Shown: positions 27,977 through 38,291, numbered from the stretch's first letter. The stretch is 64,000 bases of DNA from an uncultured Antarcticibacterium sp. (GCA_964639695.1 CAZXEY010000001.1:3448-67447); one strand, 5' to 3'. The notes: generated from the letters alone by a model not told the origin. Program-made: numbers and translations.

Positions 27977-29965
27977 TTACTTCAAATACTTATCGAACCA
28001 GTTAATATATCTCTCATAACGGTCTTTAATAAAAGTAGGTTTACTAATACCATGAAATTCCCCGGGGTAAACAACCAGCTGGGTTTCCTTTCCCAACCTT
28101 TTCATAGCCTGGTACATTTGTTCAGAGTTAATAATTGGAACATTCCAGTCATCACTTCCACCAATCCATAGGGTAGGAGTCGTAATTTTATTCACATCGT
28201 TAAAAGGGGAAATTCGTTCCCAGGCTTCGGCATTTTCCCAGGGAAGCCCCAGTTCTTTCTCCCATAATAACTGATAATGATCGTGCCCGTAATTGGTTCT
28301 ATACAAAGCCTCGCTTGCACCAGAAATTGCAGCTTTGAATCTGCCGGTTTTGGTAATCATATGATTGGTTAAAACCCCTCCATAAGACCAGCCTCCAACA
28401 CCTAATTTTTCAGGATCTACATACCCTTTTTTTATTACATGATCAACGCCCGCCATTATATCCTGAAAATCCTTGGTACCCCAATCTGCAAAAATAGCTT
28501 CAGAAAATTCCTGACCGTACCCGGAGGAACCTCGGGGATTAATAAGAAGTGTCACATAGCCATTAGCGGCAAAAAGTTGTGCCGGAGTATTATATGAATA
28601 ATCATATTGCGCTACAGGCCCACCATGGATCCAGACGATTGCAGGATATTTTTTAGAAGGATCAAAATTTATGGGTTTTACAACAAAGCCCTCAATACTA
28701 CTTCCGTCTCCGCTTTTAAATTTTATTTTTTCAACAACCGGTTTTTGAACATTCTTTAATACAGGATCATTAAAAAACGTAAGCTTTTTCAGTTGATTTC
28801 CTGTAAAAGAATATATTTCGTGTGGTTCAAGACTTTTTCCCAGTTGCAATGCCACAAGACCATTTTTCAAATCAAAGTCATAGATGCTTATCTCACCATC
28901 TACCACTCTTTTTAAATTTTTTCCGGTAGGATCAATAGATGCCAGAACAGATTTTCCTTCCTCCTCAAGCAAGAAATGAATTTTACCATTTTCAGAAAAT
29001 TTAAGGTCGCTAACATTCCTGTCAAGAGATTCAGTTAAAATCTGAGGTTTTCCACCCGTGGCAGGAATAACAGCTAAATGGTTTGTTGCATACCAGATAG
29101 CATCCCCATCTGTAATAGTAGTATAGGCAATGGATTTTCCATCGGGGCTCCAGGTAGGGGAACCATCTGAATTTTCATTTTTGGTTACCTGGATAAGATT
29201 TTTTCCTTTGTCGTTATTATCTGCAGAAACAATCCAGATATCATTATTGGTATTGCCATCAGGATTTTCTGTCCTGTTGCTAACAAAAGCAATTTGTTTA
29301 CTATCTGGACTCCAGGAAGGATTACTATCGTCAAATTCACCAGAGGTAATTTGAACTGCTGCCGTATCACCGGGCTTTATAGTATAAAGATGGGTTCTCC
29401 GGTTGTCAAGATATCCCACGTAATCTCTTTTAAATTGTAGCCGGTCAATTACATAGGGCTTTGGTTTCTTATCGTCCTCCTTTGTTTCGGTTAGTTCTTC
29501 AGGCTTGGCGTCTTTAATTAAAAGAAGAATTTTTTCTCCGTTAGGTGACCATTTATATCCCGAAATTCCCTGTTTAACAGAGGTAATCTTTTCAGCTTCT
29601 CCTCCCTGGCGGTTTAACGACCAAACCTGGGAATTGCTTTCATTTTTATCTGCAACAAAAGTGAGAAATTTATTGTCAGGACTCCATTGAGGATCACTTG
29701 CAGAATATCCTTTTCCCGTCATTGGTATTGCTTCTCCTCCCTGAGAAGGTACCATCCAGATCCGGGTTTCCGATTTGTCCTTTGCAGTATCTATTTCTTT
29801 AACAGTAAAAGCTATCCATTTCCCATCGGGACTAATTTTAGGATTAGATACAGTTTTAAGACTTAAAAGATCTGCTATATTAAGCGGCCTGTTTTCCTGG
29901 CCAAATGAATTTGAAATATGAATAAAAAGGAAGGCAAGGAGTGGGATGATTTTTTTTGTAAACAT
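27977..29965 (-). CDS. S9 family peptidase (dipeptidyl aminopeptidase/acylaminoacyl peptidase)
   Basis: PD40-like repeats (WSPDGK), IHGGP, GWSYGG nucleophile, D..V and H triad. Confidence 0.92.
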   Translation of the reverse strand: MFTKKIIPLLAFLFIHISNSFGQENRPLNIADLLSLKTVSNPKISPDGKWIAFTVKEIDTAKDKSETRIWMVPSQGGEAIPMTGKGYSASDPQWSPDNKFLTFVADKNESNSQVWSLNRQGGEAEKITSVKQGISGYKWSPNGEKILLLIKDAKPEELTETKEDDKKPKPYVIDRLQFKRDYVGYLDNRRTHLYTIKPGDTAAVQITSGEFDDSNPSWSPDSKQIAFVSNRTENPDGNTNNDIWIVSADNNDKGKNLIQVTKNENSDGSPTWSPDGKSIAYTTITDGDAIWYATNHLAVIPATGGKPQILTESLDRNVSDLKFSENGKIHFLLEEEGKSVLASIDPTGKNLKRVVDGEISIYDFDLKNGLVALQLGKSLEPHEIYSFTGNQLKKLTFFNDPVLKNVQKPVVEKIKFKSGDGSSIEGFVVKPINFDPSKKYPAIVWIHGGPVAQYDYSYNTPAQLFAANGYVTLLINPRGSSGYGQEFSEAIFADWGTKDFQDIMAGVDHVIKKGYVDPEKLGVGGWSYGGVLTNHMITKTGRFKAAISGASEALYRTNYGHDHYQLLWEKELGLPWENAEAWERISPFNDVNKITTPTLWIGGSDDWNVPIINSEQMYQAMKRLGKETQLVVYPGEFHGISKPTFIKDRYERYINWFDKYLK

Positions 29966-30073
29966 TTATTGCGGGAATTAGATTAGAAATATAGAAAATA
30001 TGTACTTATTTAAATACGGGTTATCTGATTTTTAGAGGTGTATTATATTTTTAAAATGGCCATTTGTATAATT

Positions 30074-30400
30074 TTAAATCTTTTCCTGAAGGTGATTATG
30101 TCGAAGTTCATAATGGAGTGCCTTATTATCGTAACGGGAAAGTAGCTTCTGCGCCTCTTCCGGAACAAATACTTCTTCATAATTTTCTCCCACTAACTGT
30201 TTGACAGATTCTATACTTGTAAAAGAAATGATGGTCATAAATTCCACCTCATCTTCATGCTAGCGCCTTAGAACCTGGAAATCTATAAAACCATCAATCT
30301 TCTTTTCCGAGACCTTTGGTATTACGAATGTTTTTAATAGGTTTTCGTAAACATCTGCATTTGATTTTTCAGTATAACCGTGCTAAATTCTCTTGATCAT
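30074..30400 (-). pseudogene. Antibiotic-biosynthesis-monooxygenase-like gene with two in-frame TAG codons (missing from ORF track)
   Basis: MIKRI*HGYTEKSNADVYENLLKTFVIP...QVLRR*HEDEVEFMTIISFTSIESVKQLVGENYEEVFVPEEAQKLLSRYDNKALHYE; TAG at 30383-30385 and 30260-30262. Confidence 0.75.
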
Positions 30401-30567
30401 TTCTTCTGAATATATTATTACTGAATCCTCATTATTGACTGAAAAAGGGAAAATTTTAATTTTCTCCAGCATTTTCTCTAAGTTAATCTAAAAGTCAAAC
30501 CTTGCCTCCTTAATATTACCCAATAATTCTTATCTTATTAGTACGAAAAACCAAAAAGAATTTTTTA

Positions 30568-31344
30568 ATGAAAATTGCTACTTATAATGTCAACGGTATA
30601 AATGCTCGATTACCGGTTTTATTGAAATGGCTGGAAACTGCAAAACCGGATGTTGTTTGTCTTCAGGAATTAAAATCTCCCGATGAAAAAATTCCGAAGA
30701 AGGAAATAAGGGAAGCAGGATACAACGCTTTATGGTACGGGCAAAAAAGATGGAATGGAGTAGCAATTCTTACAAAGAATCTTGAGATCAATGAAATCTG
30801 CAGAGGTCTTGGAGGAGAACGCGATGACGATCAAAGCAGGTATCTTGAAGCTCTAGTGGAAGATATTACCATCTGTTGCCTATACCTGCCAAATGGAAAT
30901 CCTGCACCCGGTCCTAAATTCGACTACAAAATGAGATGGTTTGATAGATTATCAATACGTTCTGCAGAGCTGCTGGCCCTCGACACTCCTGTAATTTTGA
31001 CAGGGGATTTTAATGTTATGCCTACAGAGAAAGATGTTTACAAACCCGAAAGATGGGTAGATGATGCTCTTTTTAGGCCCGAAGTACGCGAAGCATTTCA
31101 TAATCTTCTTAAACAAGGTTGGACAGATGCTATCAGGGCTTTACATCCTGATGAAACCATCTATACCTTTTTCGATTATTTTAGAAACGCTTATGAACGT
31201 AATGCGGGATTGAGAATCGACCATTTTTTGCTAAGTAAACATTTAAAAGAAAGCTTAAAAGCTGCAGGAGTTGACAGAGAAGTACGGGGCTGGGAAAAAA
31301 CCAGCGATCACGCGCCGGTATGGATCGAAATTGGCAAGCAATAA
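30568..31344 (+). CDS. xth: Exodeoxyribonuclease III
   Basis: TYNVNG, LQELK, YLPNG, GDFN, RIDH, SDHAPV. Confidence 0.95.
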   Translation: MKIATYNVNGINARLPVLLKWLETAKPDVVCLQELKSPDEKIPKKEIREAGYNALWYGQKRWNGVAILTKNLEINEICRGLGGERDDDQSRYLEALVEDITICCLYLPNGNPAPGPKFDYKMRWFDRLSIRSAELLALDTPVILTGDFNVMPTEKDVYKPERWVDDALFRPEVREAFHNLLKQGWTDAIRALHPDETIYTFFDYFRNAYERNAGLRIDHFLLSKHLKESLKAAGVDREVRGWEKTSDHAPVWIEIGKQ

Positions 31345-31366
31345 AAACCCGCCTTTAAAGCGGGGT
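31344..31366. terminator. Terminator between convergent xth and desaturase genes
   Basis: CCCGC-CTTTAAA-GCGGG with an A-run. Confidence 0.6.
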
Positions 31367-31371
31367 ATATT

Positions 31372-32376
31372 TTAGATTCTTCCGTTGGCCTCAACCCATT
31401 TGAACTGGTGTTGATCTTGTGGAATAGCAATTCTGTTAGCAATCCTGGTCATTCTATCCGGTAGGGCCATTAAGTAATCCCTGGCTTTTTCAGCTTCATC
31501 TGTAAGAGACGTGAACTTGTCAATTTCCCAGTAATCATTAAGTTTTTGAAGAATATCTATATAATCGTAAGTTGTATACACACCAAGTCTTTGAGCTGCA
31601 TTTGAAAAATTTTCAAAAGCTTCAGAAATTCCCTGTCCAGATTCTCTAATGAACTGAGCCGGCATAACAATCTTTTTCTTCATCATATCGTTGAAAGCAA
31701 GCATCATTTCGCTAGGATCGTATTCAAAAATAGTTTTTACAAATTCCCTGTAAGCAAGGTGATGCCTCATTTCATCCCCGGCAATAATGCTACACATTTT
31801 AGACAGCATTTTGTTGCCTTTTTTCTTGGCTAATTGTCCTACACGTTTGTGAGAAATATTGGTAGCCAGTTCCTGAAAACTCGTATAAACAAAGTTTTTA
31901 TAAGGGTCCCTTCCGGTACCAATATCAAAACCGTCGTTTATTAAATATTGGGTAGTTTTCTCAATTTCCCGCATATCCACACGTCCCGAAAGGTATAAAT
32001 ACTTGTTCAGGGTATCCCCGTGCCTGTTCTCTTCACCTGTCCAGTGCCTTATCCACTTCGCCCAACCATTTGCCTGCCCTTGAGTAGCACCGTGTTGTTC
32101 CACACCTTCCATATCCATTAACCAGGATTCATAAGTAGGTAGGGCTTCTTCCGTAACCATGTCGGCTACTAAAACAACCCAGAAATCATAACCTAATTCT
32201 TTTGCTTCTTCTCTTATCTGGACAATTTCATCCATATAATTTTCCTGCTGAAGATTTGGCAAGAGATCTGTTGGCTGCCAGATTTCTTCTACAGGTATTA
32301 AATATTTTTCTACAAACTTGTCGATCTGTTTTTCGACAGTTTGCATAACTTCTAAACGAATATTATCTAAGGCCAT
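31372..32376 (-). CDS. Acyl-ACP desaturase (ferritin-like diiron)
   Basis: TEEALPTY, WTGEENRHG, FQELAT, DEMRH. Confidence 0.93.
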   Translation of the reverse strand: MALDNIRLEVMQTVEKQIDKFVEKYLIPVEEIWQPTDLLPNLQQENYMDEIVQIREEAKELGYDFWVVLVADMVTEEALPTYESWLMDMEGVEQHGATQGQANGWAKWIRHWTGEENRHGDTLNKYLYLSGRVDMREIEKTTQYLINDGFDIGTGRDPYKNFVYTSFQELATNISHKRVGQLAKKKGNKMLSKMCSIIAGDEMRHHLAYREFVKTIFEYDPSEMMLAFNDMMKKKIVMPAQFIRESGQGISEAFENFSNAAQRLGVYTTYDYIDILQKLNDYWEIDKFTSLTDEAEKARDYLMALPDRMTRIANRIAIPQDQHQFKWVEANGRI

Positions 32377-32519
32377 AATTTAAATTTAAAGTAGACTTTC
32401 CTTTACAAAATTAGTCCATAAAGGGGCAGGATACTGTTTTTCTATACAAAAACGATGCTAAGTTTATATATAGGACTCAAATATAACATTATATTACAGG
32501 GTTTGTGTATAAAAAAATC

Positions 32520-33251
32520 TTAATTTCTGCCCTGTTCATCTGAGTATAACTGGTATACCGGCTCACTTTGCCATACTTTTTTGGTTTCAATATCTATTGC
32601 AGATAATTTTCCTTTAAACGCAGCGCCTGTATCTACATTCCAAATATTGGCTGCATTTACGGGTTCTTCTTTATTTATTCTTGTTACCGGGGTATGTCCT
32701 ATGTAAATTTCCCTGAACAATTTTAAACGCTTTGGATAAAAATCGTGGGATTGTGGCATTTCTTTATCTATAGACAGAGCAGTCTCCCATAAAGTTCGGT
32801 CCCAGTAGAAGGAATTTTCATGATATTCTTTTTCGGGACCGTGGAGGTTTGTAAATCCTGCGTGAACAAACAGCCTGTTTTCATTATCTATATAATAATT
32901 TACCATTTGCTCATAAAACGTCATATGAGCCTGTTTTTCTCCTGAAGAAAAATTACGGTAAGCGTCAATACTCGATTGACCTCCATGCTGAAGCCACTGT
33001 TCATTTAATTCGCCGGTTTTTAACCAGCGATAAGTAAGATCATCGTGATTTCCTCTTAAAAAGATGCAGGAATTTTGTTTGGCGAGTTCTATTAAGTAAG
33101 TAACAACATTGGCAGAATCACTCCACCCGTCTACATAATCGCCTAAAAAAATTAACTGATCATCTGGTGTTACTTCAATTTTTTTTAGCACCTGCAATAA
33201 AGCTTTTAACCCCCCGTGAATATCTCCAAAAGCTATTGTTCTCCTCTTCAT
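32520..33251 (-). CDS. Calcineurin-like metallophosphoesterase (Ser/Thr phosphatase-like)
   Basis: GDIHG, GDYVD, GNHD, VHAG, GHTP, DTG. Confidence 0.92.
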   Translation of the reverse strand: MKRRTIAFGDIHGGLKALLQVLKKIEVTPDDQLIFLGDYVDGWSDSANVVTYLIELAKQNSCIFLRGNHDDLTYRWLKTGELNEQWLQHGGQSSIDAYRNFSSGEKQAHMTFYEQMVNYYIDNENRLFVHAGFTNLHGPEKEYHENSFYWDRTLWETALSIDKEMPQSHDFYPKRLKLFREIYIGHTPVTRINKEEPVNAANIWNVDTGAAFKGKLSAIDIETKKVWQSEPVYQLYSDEQGRN

Positions 33252-33255
33252 CTTC

Positions 33256-34392
33256 TTAATTATATTTTACTTTTCTTAATATACGCATACTATCTTTAAA
33301 ACTCTGATAAACCTTTTCTCCCTTTAATCGCAGTAATTCTTTAGCAGATTCCAATTTTTCTATGGCATCTTCAAATCCATTTAAATAACAAATTAAGTAG
33401 GAGGCAGATAATGATAAAAGGTCTTTTTCATCATTTTTTGAAAGAACAAAATTGTTCTTTAATTTATTTAACAAGGAATTATTCGAGTTATAAATGTGGT
33501 GCAGGATTTTTTTATCAAATTGAGGCGGATCAAATAAAAGCGTACTCTCAATATCATAGCCTGCGTTTTCCTTAAACCGAATAATAACTTCTTCTAAAGG
33601 ATAATATTGAAATTTATCATTTATTCCAAAGTTTACATACTCAACAATCCTGAAATTATCCTGATCAATTTCAATACTTACCTCATCAAGATCTGAATAA
33701 AACAACTTTACCTGTTCATTGATAAGTTCAATATCCACTCTCGAATAGTAGATTTCATCCCTTGACTTCTTCATTTTTCCTGCCCAACAGACGACAAAAT
33801 ATTCCTTAAAAACTTTGTAAGTAGGATGGTAATCCTTACGTTTTCTCATAAAATCGAAAACACCATCTAAGGTTAGTTCAATATTATTGTGAGAATGCTT
33901 CTCAATGGATTCTACAATAGTAGAATTAATATCTTTTAGTTCAATATCATAAGCCTTAGGCATACTTATACTGCCTTCTCTAAAGAATACGGAACCTCCG
34001 TAATATTTCCATATGTTTTTTCGGAGGGAGCATATTTTTCCCTTATTGGGTCTTATCGTTACCAGGCCCACAACCTGGTCATCTTTTAAATGTGGAAAAG
34101 GGATATTTTCGTAAGAAACCAGGGGTGGATTTGTAAGGTAGGCATTAATAAGATTCTGGATCTTGCTGTCGTCAAAGAAATCGACACCTGTAATTTCATT
34201 ATCCTCATCCTCCACACCTATTACAATGAAGGAATTATTATAAGGATTGGAATTGGAGAGCGCACAAATATGTTTAAGGAACTTTGCTTTACCTTCTTTA
34301 AGATTAATATTCAGTCGCCGCTTTTTATCGTAAAAACTATTCTCATCATTGTGAGCCAGCAAATTCTTTATTAAAAGGCGTTTATTAATCAT
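33256..34392 (-). CDS. Schlafen/AlbA_2-domain protein (DUF5929-like)
   Basis: ENSFYDKK, ICALSNS...FIVIGVED....ITGV. Confidence 0.75.
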   Translation of the reverse strand: MINKRLLIKNLLAHNDENSFYDKKRRLNINLKEGKAKFLKHICALSNSNPYNNSFIVIGVEDEDNEITGVDFFDDSKIQNLINAYLTNPPLVSYENIPFPHLKDDQVVGLVTIRPNKGKICSLRKNIWKYYGGSVFFREGSISMPKAYDIELKDINSTIVESIEKHSHNNIELTLDGVFDFMRKRKDYHPTYKVFKEYFVVCWAGKMKKSRDEIYYSRVDIELINEQVKLFYSDLDEVSIEIDQDNFRIVEYVNFGINDKFQYYPLEEVIIRFKENAGYDIESTLLFDPPQFDKKILHHIYNSNNSLLNKLKNNFVLSKNDEKDLLSLSASYLICYLNGFEDAIEKLESAKELLRLKGEKVYQSFKDSMRILRKVKYN

Positions 34393-34430
34393 ATCCGGCT
34401 GAACCTTGAATCAAGTTTTTTAATGTACGG

Positions 34431-35186
34431 TTAATTATCCTTATTAACAATGGTACTACTGGCCTGAGCCGATGGCATTACGGTAAGATCTGCAATATTA
34501 ACATGGGCTGGACGTGTTACCATAAATACTATTATTTCGGCAATATCTTCAGGAGTTAAAGGATCAAAGCCGTTATATACATTATTTGCTCTTTCTTCAT
34601 CTCCTTTAAATCTCACATTGCTGAAACCCGTTTCAGTTAAACCGGGATTCACGGCGCCCACTCGAATATTTGTTTTATTAAGATCTATACGCATTCCCTG
34701 GTTAATGGCATCTACTGCAAATTTACTGGCACAATAGACATTTCCATTAGGATAGACTTCCTTTCCTGCGGTAGAACCTATGTTTACAATATGACCCTTG
34801 TTCCTTTCTATCATCCCCGGGATTATTGCTTTGCTTACATATAATAAGCCTTTAACGTTAATATCCAGCATAGCGTCCCAATCCTCTATACTGCCCGATT
34901 GAATTGGGTCGAGTCCATGAGCATTTCCCGCATTATTTATTAGAATATCTATAGCTTGAAATTCCTCAGGTAAACTACCAATAAGATCAAAAACAGCTTT
35001 TTTATCCCGCACATCGAAGGAAAGAGTTTTTACTTTTACCTGTTGTGATAATTCAGCTTCTAATTCCAGTAAAGCTTCCTTTCTTCTTCCACATAAAACC
35101 AGATTTATTTTATTTTGAGCAAAAGCTTTAGCAGTAGATCTACCTATACCGCTTGTTGCACCGGTTATTAAGGCCGTTTTCGTCAT
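34431..35186 (-). CDS. SDR oxidoreductase (YdfG-like)
   Basis: TGATSGIG, NNAG, YCASK; start moved to ATG 35186. Confidence 0.92.
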   Translation of the reverse strand: MTKTALITGATSGIGRSTAKAFAQNKINLVLCGRRKEALLELEAELSQQVKVKTLSFDVRDKKAVFDLIGSLPEEFQAIDILINNAGNAHGLDPIQSGSIEDWDAMLDINVKGLLYVSKAIIPGMIERNKGHIVNIGSTAGKEVYPNGNVYCASKFAVDAINQGMRIDLNKTNIRVGAVNPGLTETGFSNVRFKGDEERANNVYNGFDPLTPEDIAEIIVFMVTRPAHVNIADLTVMPSAQASSTIVNKDN

Positions 35187-35354
35187 TGTTTTTTTGTTAA
35201 AGATATTATTTTCACATTTAAATCCCGAATTCAAAAAGTCGGCTTCATTTATTAAAATACTGTTAATAGCTGTTAATTACAGTTAAAACTGCCGAGTCCT
35301 TTATAATCTGAGGATTCTATCGACGTTAGCTGTCCAAACTCAAATCAATTAAAT

Positions 35355-36191
35355 ATGAAAATGAAACTCGGAAAACTTGAATTAAAAAATTTTACAAGAT
35401 TATTTTTGGCTGCTTTAGCCGTTTGTTTATTCATAAGTTGTAGTGACGACGATTCCGACGAAGAAACTGCCAGGGTAATGGTGCGAATGACAGATGCCCC
35501 TGGAGATTACGATGCGGTATTTGTTGATGTCCAGGATGTGATGATTAAAGCTAATGCCACTGGTGGTAATGATGAAGAAGGTTGGATTAGTGTTGGTAAT
35601 GTTGAAACAGGGGTGTATGATCTTTTAGAATTAACGGGTGGTGTTACCCAATTACTGGCAAATTCTGAAGTTCCTGCAGGATTTTACAGCCAAATGAGGT
35701 TAGTTTTAGGAAATAACAATTCCATCATAGTAAATGGTGAGACACAGCCTTTAAGTACTCCAAGTGCACAACAGTCTGGTTTAAAACTGCAGTTGAATCA
35801 GGAATTAGAAGCGGGAAAAGATTATGAATTTCTACTTGATTTTGATGTAGATCGCTCTATTGTAAGTGCAGGATCTTCAGGTGGATTTTCTTTGAAGCCG
35901 GTTATTAGAATGTCTGCCACAGCACAAACTGGTGTAATTAGTGGTGAAGTACATCCTTCAGCAATAAATGGGGCAGGAATTCAAAGTCTTGTAAAGGCAG
36001 AAAACGCAACTACTACAATTTCCGCTTATACAAATGCTAATGGCGCTTTTGTTCTTAACGGAGTTCCTGCAGGAACCTATAGAATAACCGTAACCCCGGC
36101 AGTAGCATCAGGACTTTCAGTTAAAACTATTTCTAATGTGGAAGTAGCTCAGGGAGCAACTGTAGATTTAGAAACGATATTTCTGAATTAA
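35355..36191 (+). CDS. DUF4382 lipoprotein with carboxypeptidase-regulatory-like domain
   Basis: Lipobox FISC, RMTDAPGDY, TPSAQQSGLK, LLDFDV, LKPVIR. Confidence 0.85.
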   Translation: MKMKLGKLELKNFTRLFLAALAVCLFISCSDDDSDEETARVMVRMTDAPGDYDAVFVDVQDVMIKANATGGNDEEGWISVGNVETGVYDLLELTGGVTQLLANSEVPAGFYSQMRLVLGNNNSIIVNGETQPLSTPSAQQSGLKLQLNQELEAGKDYEFLLDFDVDRSIVSAGSSGGFSLKPVIRMSATAQTGVISGEVHPSAINGAGIQSLVKAENATTTISAYTNANGAFVLNGVPAGTYRITVTPAVASGLSVKTISNVEVAQGATVDLETIFLN

Positions 36192-36212
36192 TTTCAATTC
36201 TGACATAATATT

Positions 36213-36242
36213 AAAAAGCAGCGAATTTTTCGCTGCTTTTTT
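36213..36242 (+). terminator. Intrinsic terminator
   Basis: AAAAAGCAGCGAA-TTT-TTCGCTGCTTTTTT. Confidence 0.85.
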
Positions 36243-36304
36243 ATTTCGGCCTATTTATTGTTAAAACCTTTGCCAATATATTTCAATTTGCACCGTTCAC
36301 TAAT

Positions 36305-36320
36305 TGTGAATATATTCACA
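36305..36320. promoter_or_regulatory. Perfect palindrome TGTGA-N6-TCACA (Crp/Fnr-type) upstream of the moxR-bat operon
   Basis: TGTGAATATATTCACA. Confidence 0.45.
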
Positions 36321-36341
36321 GGTTTAAATAAAAAATTAATG

Positions 36342-37343
36342 ATGGAGAACAACACTTCTATAGACATTTCGAGCTTAAATGAGAGAATAGAAAGAGAAAG
36401 TGCTTTCGTAGACTTACTTACTAATGAAATTAATAAAGTTATTGTAGGTCAAAAAGAGATGGTAGAACGTTTGTTGATAGGCCTTCTTGGACAGGGGCAT
36501 ATCCTACTGGAAGGAGTGCCGGGATTAGCAAAAACCCTTGCAATCAATACTCTTTCCCAGGCAGTTCATGGAACCTTCAGCAGAATTCAATTCACACCAG
36601 ATCTTCTTCCCGCAGATGTTGTGGGAACAATGATTTACAATATAAAGCTAAGCGACTTCAGCATTAAAAAAGGACCCATTTTTGCAAATTTTGTTCTTGC
36701 AGATGAGATTAACAGGGCGCCGGCTAAAGTACAATCAGCATTGCTGGAAGCTATGCAGGAAAAGCAGGTGACAATTGGGGATACAACCTTTAAGTTGGAC
36801 AGGCCATTTTTGGTGCTGGCGACTCAAAACCCGGTGGAGCAGGAAGGAACATATCCGCTTCCAGAAGCCCAGGTGGACAGGTTCATGCTTAAAACTGTTA
36901 TCAAATATCCGCAAATGGCAGAAGAGCAGCTTATTGTTAGGGCCAATTTAAAAGGCGGATTTGAAAAGGTAAATCAGGTAGTTAGTCTTGAGCAAATTGC
37001 TAAAGCGCAGGCTGCCGTACGGGATGTTTATATGGATGAAAAAATTGAAAAGTACATCCTGGATATCATTTTTGCCACCCGTACTCCTGAAAAATATAAG
37101 CTGGCAGAATTAAAACCTCTAATCAACTTTGGAGCTTCTCCAAGAGGAAGTATTAATCTTGCAATAGCCGCGAAATGCTATGCTTTTATAAAACGAAGGG
37201 GCTACGTTATTCCTGAAGATGTGAGGGCTGTCGTATATGACGTTCTAAGGCACAGGATTGGAATTACCTATGAAGCGGAGGCTGAAAACGTTACTTCTGA
37301 GGATATCATTAACAAGATCATCAATGAGGTAGAAGTACCGTAA
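36342..37343 (+). CDS. MoxR-family AAA+ ATPase
   Basis: GVPGLAKT, RIQFTPDLLP, DEINRAP, ATQNP; start ATG 36339 or 36342. Confidence 0.95.
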   Translation: MENNTSIDISSLNERIERESAFVDLLTNEINKVIVGQKEMVERLLIGLLGQGHILLEGVPGLAKTLAINTLSQAVHGTFSRIQFTPDLLPADVVGTMIYNIKLSDFSIKKGPIFANFVLADEINRAPAKVQSALLEAMQEKQVTIGDTTFKLDRPFLVLATQNPVEQEGTYPLPEAQVDRFMLKTVIKYPQMAEEQLIVRANLKGGFEKVNQVVSLEQIAKAQAAVRDVYMDEKIEKYILDIIFATRTPEKYKLAELKPLINFGASPRGSINLAIAAKCYAFIKRRGYVIPEDVRAVVYDVLRHRIGITYEAEAENVTSEDIINKIINEVEVP

Positions 37344-37415
37344 TTCCTGCTCAACTTTAATTCAATTAAAAACACTTTAAAGCTTCTTATCCTTTAGAAT
37401 CTAAGGGAAGAAAAT

Positions 37416-38282
37416 ATGGATACTAAAGAGTTACTCAAGAAAGTCCGAAAAATTGAGATCAAGACCAGGCGATTGAGCAATCATTTGTTTGGGGGAGAAT
37501 ATCATTCCACCTTTAAAGGCAGAGGGATGACCTTTAGTGAAGTAAGAAATTATCAATTTGGGGATGATGTACGAAATATTGACTGGAATGTTACGGCAAG
37601 GTACAATGAGCCTTTTGTAAAGGTTTTTGAAGAAGAGCGGGAACTTACAATGCTTCTTGCTGTAGATGTTTCGGGTTCTGAACTTTTTGGTTCTAAGGAG
37701 CAATTTAAAAAAGAAGTAATAGTTGAAATAGCTGCCACCTTAGCTTTTTCTGCAACCCAAAATAACGATAAAATTGGTCTTCTACTTTTTTCAGACCAGA
37801 TAGAATTATTTATTCCACCTAAAAAAGGAAGATCACACGTGTTAAGGATCATTCGGGAATTGCTCGAATATGAACCTAAGGGTAAAAATACAGATCTTGT
37901 CGCTGCACTCAAGTATATTTCTAATGTGATGAAGAAAAAGGCGATCGTTTTTATCCTGTCTGACTTTTTTACAGATGACTACCAGCAAACATTAAAAATT
38001 GTTAGCGGGAAGCACGATGTTACAGGTATAAGGGTTTATGACGAGCGGGAGGAGGCTATCCCTAATCTTGGTTTGGTACAAATGTTGGATAGGGAAACAG
38101 GTGAAATGATGATGGTAAATACAAGCTCTAAGTCTGTAAGAAATGCATACGCCGAATATTACAGAGACAGGGAAAATTATTTTAAGGAAAGCTTTTCTAA
38201 AAGTGGGGCCGGGATTATAAGCACAAGAGTTGACGAAAGTTATGTTAAAAAATTATTGGGATATTTTAAAACTCGTGCATAA
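37416..38282 (+). CDS. DUF58 (vWA-like) protein
   Basis: GMTFSEVRNYQFGDDVRNIDWNVTAR. Confidence 0.93.
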   Translation: MDTKELLKKVRKIEIKTRRLSNHLFGGEYHSTFKGRGMTFSEVRNYQFGDDVRNIDWNVTARYNEPFVKVFEEERELTMLLAVDVSGSELFGSKEQFKKEVIVEIAATLAFSATQNNDKIGLLLFSDQIELFIPPKKGRSHVLRIIRELLEYEPKGKNTDLVAALKYISNVMKKKAIVFILSDFFTDDYQQTLKIVSGKHDVTGIRVYDEREEAIPNLGLVQMLDRETGEMMMVNTSSKSVRNAYAEYYRDRENYFKESFSKSGAGIISTRVDESYVKKLLGYFKTRA

Positions 38283-38291
38283 GAAAACACA

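Noticed and set aside
14633-30385. Genome-wide TAG reassignment (alternative genetic code)
   Set aside because: The internal TAGs appear to replace different residues (probably Leu, Trp and a polar residue). TAG also serves as the normal stop of several intact genes (5645, 12163, batD 44697, gpsA 50890, 58729).
21237-30400. Genomic island or prophage
   Set aside because: Gene content looks accessory, but there is no integrase, tRNA or att repeat, and no compositional shift obvious by eye.
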